From an uncultured Akkermansia sp. (lineage in GTDB: Bacteria; Verrucomicrobiota; Verrucomicrobiia; Limisphaerales; UBA9464), in NCBI GenBank assembly GCA_964430505.1, contig CAYSGH010000011.1, forward strand, positions 1,589 through 65,588: DNA of 64,000 bases, read 5' to 3'. The notes beneath the pieces are model-generated. The model had not been told where the DNA came from. It was given only the letters and a program-made list of their open reading frames with translations, and did not search any database. A program made the position numbers and the translations under genes. Of this stretch, positions 38,098-45,888 are shown piece after piece. The number at the start of each line of letters is the position of its first letter. The first letter of the stretch is position 1.

Positions 38098-39609
38098 CTA
38101 CTTCAACGGCTCCTGCGTGAGGGGGTCGCGCAGGGGCAGTTCGGTGACCTTGCCCGAAGCCAGTTGCTCAAGCTTTACCGGGTGGTCCGGATGTCCCTTC
38201 ACGATCTCCTCCTTCTGGCCCACCACGAGGATCACGGCCTTGTCGGGGTGCAGGTGCTTCTTGGCGACCCGCGAGACGTCGTCCCGGGTGACGGACTCGA
38301 TGCGCGAACGCCACTGGGACCAGTAGTTGGGCTGCTTCGCGAAGCGGCCCGTCAGCTCGTCGGCGGCGAACAGGGACGCGACCTTGGACGCGGTGTTGAA
38401 GTTGCCCGGGAACGAATCAACGAAGGACCGCTTGGCCGTGTTGAGTTCCTCGTCGGTGACGGGCTGGTTGGCCATGCGGTTCATCTCGTCGAGGACGATG
38501 CGCGTGGCGTAGGCGACGGTGCGGGACTTGGTGCTGAGGCCAGCCTGGAAGGCCCGGGCATACGCGATGCCGCCCGGGAACGAGCTGCCGGCGCCGTAGG
38601 CCAGGCCCTCGTCGGAGCGCACGCGGTTCATGAGGCGCGAGGTGAAGCCGCCGCCGCCGAGGATGTCGTTCATGACGGTGATGGCGGGGAAGTCGGGGTC
38701 GTCGCGCTTCACGCCGGGAAGCATGACGGCGACGCGGCCTTGGTTGACGTCCTTGTTGACCACGTACACGCCGCCGGGGGCCATCTGGGTGTCGGAGGGC
38801 ATGGGCGGGGTGACGTCGCCCTTGAAGGGCCAGTCGGCGAACAACTTCTCGAGGCGGGCGGCCATGTCGGCCCGGTCGAAGTCGCCGCTGGCGCTGACAA
38901 CGAAGTTGGCCGGGTGATACCAGCGGCGATGGAAGGCGCGGAGGTCGTCGGGGGTGAGGCGGTTGAGGGCGTCGGCGGTGAGGACGCGGGAGCCGTGGAA
39001 GTTGGTGCCGTAGGCGAGCCGGCGGGCCTCCATGGCCTGGATGGAGGAGGAGTCGTCGTTCCGTTGCTTCATGCCCTGCAACGCCTGGTCGCGCTCGAGG
39101 TTGAAGCGGTCTTCCTGGAAGCGAGGCGCGGTGAGGACCTCGCGGAGGAGGGCGAGGCCCTCGGGCAGGTCCTTGGACAGGAGGTTGAGGGTGACGGGGG
39201 AGCCGGTTTCCTCGCCGAGGCCGGAGGAGAGTGCGGCCGCGAGGAACGCAAGGCGTTCCTCGAGTTGCTCGGCCGTCTTGGACGCCATGCCGCCGCGCAC
39301 GAGCAACCCTGCGGTGAACTCGGCGGAGCCCTCCTTGCCGACGGGGTCGAGGTAGCCGCCGCTGCGCACCAGGACGGTCACGGTGACCAACGGGAGCGAG
39401 CGGTCTGGGACCAGGTACGCGACCGGCCCGGAGGCCAGCTGCACGCGGTGGCTGGCGGGGTTGGGCGGCTCGTAGCGCAGCTCGGGGAACTGGAGCTTCT
39501 CCGGGCGGTCCGGGATGGCGTCGGCGGCGAGGGACGTCATGGACCCTATGGACGCGATGGACGCGATGGAAGCGAGGAGGCCGAGGAGGCGGGGGAGCAA
39601 TGTGTTCAT
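38098..39609 (-). CDS. M16-family (pitrilysin-like) peptidase subunit without HxxEH motif
   Basis: Signal peptide plus typical M16 two-domain sequence (LPLVTVTVLVRSGG..., ...NRVRSDEGLAYGAGS). No zinc-binding HxxEH is present. Confidence 0.8.
   Translation of the reverse strand: MNTLLPRLLGLLASIASIASIGSMTSLAADAIPDRPEKLQFPELRYEPPNPASHRVQLASGPVAYLVPDRSLPLVTVTVLVRSGGYLDPVGKEGSAEFTAGLLVRGGMASKTAEQLEERLAFLAAALSSGLGEETGSPVTLNLLSKDLPEGLALLREVLTAPRFQEDRFNLERDQALQGMKQRNDDSSSIQAMEARRLAYGTNFHGSRVLTADALNRLTPDDLRAFHRRWYHPANFVVSASGDFDRADMAARLEKLFADWPFKGDVTPPMPSDTQMAPGGVYVVNKDVNQGRVAVMLPGVKRDDPDFPAITVMNDILGGGGFTSRLMNRVRSDEGLAYGAGSSFPGGIAYARAFQAGLSTKSRTVAYATRIVLDEMNRMANQPVTDEELNTAKRSFVDSFPGNFNTASKVASLFAADELTGRFAKQPNYWSQWRSRIESVTRDDVSRVAKKHLHPDKAVILVVGQKEEIVKGHPDHPVKLEQLASGKVTELPLRDPLTQEPLK
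39539..39574 (-). repeat. 9-bp tandem repeat (3 good copies + 1 degenerate) inside the M16 signal peptide
   Basis: Plus strand reads ATGGACCCT ATGGACGCG ATGGACGCG ATGGAAGCG. On the coding strand this gives ...ASIASIASIGSM... Confidence 0.7.
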
Positions 39610-39660
39610 GGGAAGGCAGCGGACGGTTTCAACGGGGGCCTGGGGTTTCTTGGGCGCGGC

Positions 39661-41400
39661 TCAGGGCTTCTTCTCGAGCTCGGCGATGCGGGCCTCGACC
39701 TTGCGGACGATGATCTTCTGGACCTGCTGGCGCTTGGGGTCGCCGCCCGCCCCCTGCGCCTGCATGGCGGCCAACATGCCCTTGAGCTGGGCGACGTCCT
39801 TCGTGTCGCGGATGCGCCCGGCGAGCTGGCGGACCATGGGCTTTTGATCGCCCGAAAGGCCGGCGAGGTCGGGGTCCTCGTCGGAGGCTCCCTTGCCCGC
39901 CTTGCGGGTGTAGCGGGCGACGGCTCGGTTCTCCGGGGTGAAGTACTTGCGGACGACGCGTTGGACGTCGGCGGCGGTGACGGCCTGGAACTTCGCTCCA
40001 GCATTGTTGATCTCGGACCAGTCGCCGAGGCCCTCGGCTTGGATGAGCTGGTACAGGATGCCGAAGGTGGAGGTGAGGCGCCGGTACTCGGCGGCGGCGA
40101 AGTTGTTCTTCACCTTCTGGAGTTCCTCGGCGGGGACGGGTTCCTGGGCGAGCTTGTCGAGCTCGGCGTAGAGGGCCTTCTCGACGTCTTCGAGGGATTG
40201 GCCGTCGCGGACCTCGGCAGAGAGGTCGAAGAAGCCGGCCCATTTCTTGGCGGCATGGAACGCGCTCGCATCGGTGGCGACCTTGCTGCCGAGGACGAGG
40301 CCCTTGTACAGGCGTCCGGTGCGACCGTTGAGGAGCTGCTCCAGCACTTCGAGGGCGTAGGAATCCTTGTGGCCGAAGGCGACGGTGCGCCACATGGCAT
40401 CGACCTGCGGGTTGGTCTCGGCCTCGGCGTTGTAGCGCTTCTCGGCGATGGACTGGATTTCGAGCGTGGTGACCTCGGGCGGGGGCTGGGAGCCCTTGGG
40501 GATGCGCCCGAAGTAGCGGGCAACCATGGCCTCGGCGTCGGCGGGCTTGAAGTCGCCGACGAGGAGGAGGGTGATGTTCTGGGGCTGGTAAAAGAGCGAG
40601 TAGAACTCGTCGGCCTGGCGCTTGGTGATGGCGGGGATGTCGCTGGGCCAGCCGATGACGGGCCAATGGTACGGGTGGGCATCCCAGAACATGGCGTTGA
40701 ACTGCTCGTAGAACTTGCCCGTGGGGGTGGACTCCGTGCGCATGCGACGCTCCTCGAAGACGACGTCGCGCTCGGCGTAGAACTCGCGGAAGACGGGGCG
40801 GAGGAGCCGCTCGCTTTCCATCCAGCACCACAGCTCCAGCTTGTTGGAGGGCACCTCGATGAAGTAGCCGGTCATGTCCTCCGTGGTGAAGGCGTTCATC
40901 TTGGTCGCCCCGGCCGTGGTGTAGATGCGGTCGAACTCGTTCTTCACGAGGAGCCCGCGTTGTTCCTCGACGAGCTTCTTGAATTGCTCCTCGAGCTCCC
41001 GGTAGCGCTCCGTGCGCGCCTCGGGTCGCGTGATGTCCTCCACGTCGCCCCGGCGCAGCGCGGCGCGCATCTTCGCCTCCTCCGCGCGCATGCCGTCGCG
41101 CAGCCGTTCCTGCTCGGCGATGATGGCGAGGTCCCGGGCGGCGTCCTTGGTCCCGAGGGTAGGCGTCCCCTTGAACATCATGTGCTCGAAGAGGTGGGCG
41201 ATGCCCGTGATGCCGGGGCGCTCGTTGGCGGAGCCCACATGGGCCACCCAACCGCCCGCGATGCGCGGCTCGTCGTGGCGCTCGACCAAGAGGAGCTTGA
41301 ATCCATTGGGGAGCGTCCTCTCGACGACCGGGATTTTTTGCGCCCAAGCCGCGCCAGCCGCCATCGCCACGCACGCCCAAGCCCGAAGAAAGCGCTTCAT
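39661..41400 (-). CDS. M16-family zinc metallopeptidase (catalytic, HxxEH)
   Basis: ATG at 41400 with signal MKRFLRAWACVAMAAGAAWA. The inverted zincin motif is GIAHLFEHMMFKGT. It lies 51 nt upstream of the second M16 gene. Confidence 0.88.
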   Translation of the reverse strand: MKRFLRAWACVAMAAGAAWAQKIPVVERTLPNGFKLLLVERHDEPRIAGGWVAHVGSANERPGITGIAHLFEHMMFKGTPTLGTKDAARDLAIIAEQERLRDGMRAEEAKMRAALRRGDVEDITRPEARTERYRELEEQFKKLVEEQRGLLVKNEFDRIYTTAGATKMNAFTTEDMTGYFIEVPSNKLELWCWMESERLLRPVFREFYAERDVVFEERRMRTESTPTGKFYEQFNAMFWDAHPYHWPVIGWPSDIPAITKRQADEFYSLFYQPQNITLLLVGDFKPADAEAMVARYFGRIPKGSQPPPEVTTLEIQSIAEKRYNAEAETNPQVDAMWRTVAFGHKDSYALEVLEQLLNGRTGRLYKGLVLGSKVATDASAFHAAKKWAGFFDLSAEVRDGQSLEDVEKALYAELDKLAQEPVPAEELQKVKNNFAAAEYRRLTSTFGILYQLIQAEGLGDWSEINNAGAKFQAVTAADVQRVVRKYFTPENRAVARYTRKAGKGASDEDPDLAGLSGDQKPMVRQLAGRIRDTKDVAQLKGMLAAMQAQGAGGDPKRQQVQKIIVRKVEARIAELEKKP

Positions 41401-41679
41401 ATCGTGGCCGCCAAGGAACCACCGACCCGCCCGCCGGTCAATGAGCGCCCCGCGTGCACGGCCGGCGATGGCCCGGCCGCGGCCGCGCGACCATTCCATC
41501 CAGCGGTTCCGCGTCCTTCCAGCGTGCCCGGGCCACCCCGCGCATCGGTCCGCGGCGGCCAGGCCCCGGGGATGCCACTTGCCATTGGCGGCGACCTAAC
41601 GTCCCTTCTCCAAAGGCTTGGCATGGGGCAACGGTCATTTCGGGTGAAACGAGCGCGCCCCCGCCGGGTTCTCCACTGC

Positions 41680-43515
41680 ATGAATCGTTCGCATTGTCTC
41701 TCGGCCATCCTTGCCCTGGTGGCCGCCTCCGCCTCCGCAGCCTTGCCTGTCCCGTCCCGTCTCCTGCCCAAGGACACGTTGGCCGTGTTCACCGTGCCCG
41801 ATTGGTCCAAGGCATCCCAAAGCATGTCCGCTTCCGGCTCCGGCCGCTTGTGGGCCGACCCCGCCATGAAGGCTTTTCGGGACAACTTCGAGAAGAAGTT
41901 CTCCGAGAAGGTGGTGGGCACCTTGGAGAAGGACCTCGGGATCAAGGTGTCGGACTACGCCGCGCTCGCGCAGGGCCAGATGACGCTGGCCGTCGTGCAG
42001 GACGGATGGAAGGGCGATCCCGACACCGAGCCCGGCCTGGTGATCGTCCTCGATGCCAAGGACAAGTCCGACGAGCTCAAGGCCCGCCTCGCGGAGGTCC
42101 GTCGCAAGCTGGCCGACGCCAAGAAGCCGTTGAAGACGGAGAAGGTCCGGGACGTGGAGTTCTCCTCCATCGCGATCGACATGCCCAAGGACGAGGACGA
42201 GGAGGAGGACGACAAGAAGCCGGGTGCGGCGGCTGACGCCAAGCCCAACCAGGAAACCATCTACTTTGGGCAGCTCGACTCCGCCCTGGTCGTCGCCAGC
42301 TCCACCAAGACCCTCGAGAAGGTCGTCGCGCGCGTCAGCGGCGGCACGTCCGAAAGCCTCGCGGAGGAACCCGCCTTCCAAGCCAGCGAGGCCGCGTGGT
42401 TCCGCAACGCCGCCGCCTTTGGATGGATTCACTTCGTCCCCATGTACAAGGCCATCTCCCAGGCGGCGGCCGGCGCGGAGGGGGCCGACGCCATGGGCGT
42501 GGATCCCAAGGCCGCCCTCAAGGCGGTGGGTCTCGAAGGCCTCAAGACCGTGGCCATGGCATGGACGCCCGGGGCTGACGGCGACGGCGGCGCGCTGAGC
42601 TTCTCCGTCCCGGAGTCGCAGCGCGTGGGCTTGTTCAAGATGCTGGCGGCGTCCAGCAAGGATTCCGGGCCGTTGCCCTTCATCCCGGCCGACGCCGTGA
42701 AGTTCCAGCGGTGGCGCCTCGACGGCCAGAGGATGTGGGCCACGCTTGAGGAAACCCTCGCCGCCGTCTCGCCCCAGTTGAACGGCTTCGTCCAGCTCAT
42801 GGTCGCCCAGGTCGGCAAGGACAAGGACCCCAACTTCGACCTCAAGAAGAACGTCCTCGGCAACCTGGGCGACGACATCATCTCCTACGGCAAGGCTCCC
42901 GCAGGGTCGTCCATGGAGGACCTCGCCAACCCGCCTTCCGTCATGCTCCTCGCCTCGCCCAGCCCCGACAACCTCACCGGCGGCGTCAAGATGGCGGCCG
43001 GCGCCCTGGGGGCCATCGGTGGCGGCGGTGGCGGCGGCGACGACAGCAAGGACCGCGAGTTCAACGGGAAGAAGATCCGGTCCATGCGCACCCCGGCAGG
43101 CCCCGGCGGCAAGGGCGGCAAGATGGAGATGGCCTCCGCCTCGGGCTACGCCGTCTTCAGCTCCACGCCCTCCCTGATCGAGGAAGTCATCCGGTCCTCG
43201 GAGTCCCCCGCCAAGTCCCTGCGCGACGACCCCGCCATCACCCGCGCCGCCGAGAAGGTCGGCGGCTTCGGCACCGGCGTCTTCGGGTACGAGAACCAAC
43301 GCGAGACCATGCGCTCCCAGTGGGAATTCCTTCGCACCGGAGGCCTCGCCAACCTCATGGGCGACGGTGGCACGGCCGACTGGGCGCAGATGTTCGACTT
43401 CAAGCTCCTACCCGACTACGCGAAGATCTCGAAGCACTTCGGGATTGCCGTGTTCTCCGGCGTGACGGATGGCCAAGGGATGCACTTCCGCTTCTACGGG
43501 CCCAACCAGCGCTAG
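41680..43515 (+). CDS. Hypothetical secreted protein (611 aa; possibly DUF3352-like)
   Basis: ATG at 41680 inside the artefactual 1856-aa ORF. It has signal MNRSHCLSAILALVAASASAA, an acidic DEDEEEDDKK patch and a Gly run. It is divergent from the M16 pair. The family assignment is uncertain. Confidence 0.6.
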   Translation: MNRSHCLSAILALVAASASAALPVPSRLLPKDTLAVFTVPDWSKASQSMSASGSGRLWADPAMKAFRDNFEKKFSEKVVGTLEKDLGIKVSDYAALAQGQMTLAVVQDGWKGDPDTEPGLVIVLDAKDKSDELKARLAEVRRKLADAKKPLKTEKVRDVEFSSIAIDMPKDEDEEEDDKKPGAAADAKPNQETIYFGQLDSALVVASSTKTLEKVVARVSGGTSESLAEEPAFQASEAAWFRNAAAFGWIHFVPMYKAISQAAAGAEGADAMGVDPKAALKAVGLEGLKTVAMAWTPGADGDGGALSFSVPESQRVGLFKMLAASSKDSGPLPFIPADAVKFQRWRLDGQRMWATLEETLAAVSPQLNGFVQLMVAQVGKDKDPNFDLKKNVLGNLGDDIISYGKAPAGSSMEDLANPPSVMLLASPSPDNLTGGVKMAAGALGAIGGGGGGGDDSKDREFNGKKIRSMRTPAGPGGKGGKMEMASASGYAVFSSTPSLIEEVIRSSESPAKSLRDDPAITRAAEKVGGFGTGVFGYENQRETMRSQWEFLRTGGLANLMGDGGTADWAQMFDFKLLPDYAKISKHFGIAVFSGVTDGQGMHFRFYGPNQR

Positions 43516-43531
43516 CTCGCCCCGACGAAAC

Positions 43532-43571
43532 GCCCCGGGCATGGCGCCAGCCGCTATCCCCGGGGTTTTTT
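43532..43571 (+). terminator. Rho-independent terminator
   Basis: A 7-bp all-GC stem pairs CCCCGGG (43533-43539) with CCCGGGG (43559-43565), followed directly by TTTTTT (43566-43571). It lies 17 nt after the TAG of the 41680..43515 gene. The loop is long (19 nt). Confidence 0.55.
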
Positions 43572-43608
43572 CGTGTCCGGAACCATCCTGGTTTCCGGGC
43601 ATGAGAAA

Positions 43609-43725
43609 GGCCGGGGCTTGCCCCCATTCCGTCCGTGCGACGAGGCACTGTTCCTCTTGCCTGAACGAGCGCGTTGCCGTGGCGTCGCCAGCAGGTGACG
43701 GGTGGTTGCCGGGCAAGCCCCGGCC
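43609..43725. ncRNA. Candidate structured RNA / inverted-repeat element (unknown class)
   Basis: A perfect 15-nt inverted repeat pairs GGCCGGGGCTTGCCC (43609-43623) with GGGCAAGCCCCGGCC (43711-43725), enclosing 87 nt. The enclosed region has nested complementary segments GCGACG/CGTCGC, GGCA/TGCC and GTTC/GAAC. There is no coding signal. Confidence 0.3.
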
Positions 43726-43950
43726 GGTGTTGAAGTGGATTCGCCGCAGGAGCCATGCGGCGAACCCGACCCTGTGACCAAACGTGGCTCCGTTTCCGGG
43801 CTACGCCCGGCCCATGGGCCGGTTACAGGACCGGTTGCGACGATTTTTTGGGGACGTCGTGGGCCATCGGCCTCCCCGGCGCGCCGGTGCGCGGGCTTCG
43901 GTCAACCCTTGGATTGCCGCTGCCCGGGCCATGGTGGAATCTCACGTCCC

Positions 43951-44742
43951 ATGCCGGTGCAGTTCACCATCCTGGCCAGTGGAAGCAGCGGAAACTGCGC
44001 CTATCTCGAATGCGGCGAGACGCGGATCCTCATCGACGCCGGCCTCAGCGCCCTCCAGATCCGCAGGCGCCTCGCCTCCATCGGGCGCGCGCCGGAGTCC
44101 CTCTCGGCGGTCCTCGTCACCCATGAGCACGGCGACCACATCTGCGGCCTCGGCGTCCTGTGCGAGAAGCTCGGCATCCCCATCTACGCCAACCGCCTCA
44201 CCGCCGACGCCGCAGGCCGCACCCTCGAGCGGAAGCTCGCATGGCGCATCTTCGAGACGGGAGCCGCCTTCGACATCGGCAACTTTGGCGTCCAGTCCTT
44301 CTCCGTCCCGCATGACGCCATGGATCCCGTCGGGTTCGCCCTCACGGCCGCCGGGCGACGCATCGGGTTCCTGACGGACCTCGGCCATGTCACCCAGCTC
44401 ATTCTGGAACGCGTGCGCCGATCGGAGGTTCTCGTCCTCGAGGCCAACCATGACCTTCACCTGCTCCAGGAGGACACGCGCCGACCGTGGAGCACCAAGC
44501 AACGCATCCTCAGCCGCCACGGCCACCTCTCCAACCACGCCGCCGCCAATGTCGCCGCCGAGCTGGCGCCCCACGGCCTCTCGACGGTCTATCTCGGGCA
44601 CCTCAGCCGCGACTGCAACCGCCCCGAGCTCGCACGGTCCATCGTCTCCGCCCGCCTCAACGAGGTCGGGGCCTCCCACGTGCGGGTCGAGGACACCTCC
44701 CAGGACGTGCCCGGCAGCACCCTCGTGCTGCCTGACGCCTGA
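43951..44742 (+). CDS. MBL-fold metallo-hydrolase (YycJ/PhnP-like)
   Basis: ATG at 43951. FTILASGSSGNCAYLECGETRILIDAG, the HxHxDH motif as VTHEHGDHICG, and later HLSN. Confidence 0.85.
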   Translation: MPVQFTILASGSSGNCAYLECGETRILIDAGLSALQIRRRLASIGRAPESLSAVLVTHEHGDHICGLGVLCEKLGIPIYANRLTADAAGRTLERKLAWRIFETGAAFDIGNFGVQSFSVPHDAMDPVGFALTAAGRRIGFLTDLGHVTQLILERVRRSEVLVLEANHDLHLLQEDTRRPWSTKQRILSRHGHLSNHAAANVAAELAPHGLSTVYLGHLSRDCNRPELARSIVSARLNEVGASHVRVEDTSQDVPGSTLVLPDA

Positions 44743-44812
44743 CCGTTCCCCGCCCTCCGTCCACCGATCCTCGCTCCCCGATCCTCGCTCCCCGCCTCCC
44801 GCCTCCCGTCCC

Positions 44813-45751
44813 TCACGGCCGTGACGTCAACAAGTCACGCGCGATCCCGGGCAGCAGCCCCTCGTCCTGCGCGTGGCCTTCGGTGAAGATCACCACCACC
44901 CAACGCCCTCCGTCCGGCAACTCCACCCACGCGCAGTCATGGCGCGTCTGGCTCGTCCATCCGGCCTTCGACCAAAGCTTGGCTCCCGCGGGCAATCCGC
45001 CGGCCACGAACCCCGTCGTCTGGTCGTCGGGCCTCGGGGCCGCCTTGGGATCCCGCGCCAGCAACGCCTTCATTTCATCGCAGCGTTTCGGCGTCACCGC
45101 TTGGCCGAGGGCCACCTCCGCCATCAACCGGGCCGTCGCGTCGGTCGTCAGTTGGTTTCGCTTGGGCTCGAAGGCCCGGATGGCCTGCGTCTCCCGGCCG
45201 TAGGGACCCTCGCACCAGGGCTTCTTGTTGCAGTTGATTTCCCGATAGCCCAGGCCTGTGAAGTAGCGGTTCACGGCGTTCCGTTGGTCCTGCCACGAGC
45301 GCAGCGCGTCCGGCGTCAGCTCCGGGCCGCTCGTCGTCCCCGTCAACACGTCCAGCACGTAGTGCGTCGCCTCGTTCGACGAGTCCACGATCATGTCCTT
45401 CATCGCGCGCCGAAGCTCCGCCGAATCCTCGATGCGCCCGTCCTCCAGCCAACGGTGCGCTGCCACCAGGTAGAACAACTTGACCACGCTCGCCGGGTAG
45501 ATGGGCTGGTCGCCCCGGTGCGCCGCCCATCGCGGTGCCCCGGGCCGGGAGATGTCCATCAACGTGACCGCGACCTGGGCTGGGGCGAGCGGGGTTGGGC
45601 GTGCCTGCTGGCACGCGCGTGCGACGGCCCCGTCCACACGCCCCTGCAATGCGGCATCCACCTGTCCCTCCGCCATCCCGCCCGGACCTGCCGCCAGCGC
45701 CAGCCCGCCTGCCAGGCCCCCTCCCATTAACAGCCGCCAAACCCTCCTCAT
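44813..45751 (-). CDS. Class A beta-lactamase-related serine hydrolase
   Basis: ATG at 45751 with a signal peptide. It has SxxK as PASVVKLF, SxN as DSSNEA, and K(T/A)G as SKAGWTS. Confidence 0.75.
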   Translation of the reverse strand: MRRVWRLLMGGGLAGGLALAAGPGGMAEGQVDAALQGRVDGAVARACQQARPTPLAPAQVAVTLMDISRPGAPRWAAHRGDQPIYPASVVKLFYLVAAHRWLEDGRIEDSAELRRAMKDMIVDSSNEATHYVLDVLTGTTSGPELTPDALRSWQDQRNAVNRYFTGLGYREINCNKKPWCEGPYGRETQAIRAFEPKRNQLTTDATARLMAEVALGQAVTPKRCDEMKALLARDPKAAPRPDDQTTGFVAGGLPAGAKLWSKAGWTSQTRHDCAWVELPDGGRWVVVIFTEGHAQDEGLLPGIARDLLTSRP

Positions 45752-45888
45752 GCACCCCACCCTGCCGCGACCCTGCATCCGTTGACAATCACGCCCAAGG
45801 ACCGCCGCAAGGCACCTCCAGGCCCCACCGATTCGGCCCCGGGCCGTCGGCCCGGCGGGAGGAGCCGACGGCTTGGGTGCGGGATGGC

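Noticed and set aside
37945-41679. The first two thirds of the 1856-aa plus-strand ORF 37945..43515.
   Set aside because: This part is antisense to the two M16 peptidase genes and has a junk-like translation. Only the last 611 codons, from the ATG at 41680 with a signal peptide, look like a real protein.
43609-43725. The possibility that the 15-bp-stem element is the small SRP (4.5S) RNA or 6S RNA.
   Set aside because: Neither strand shows the conserved SRP domain IV (GGAA-type tetraloop flanked by AGG / AGCA symmetric-loop motifs). The best apical hairpin is GUUC-AGGCAAGAG-GAAC. At about 117 nt, without a large central bubble, it does not fit 6S either.
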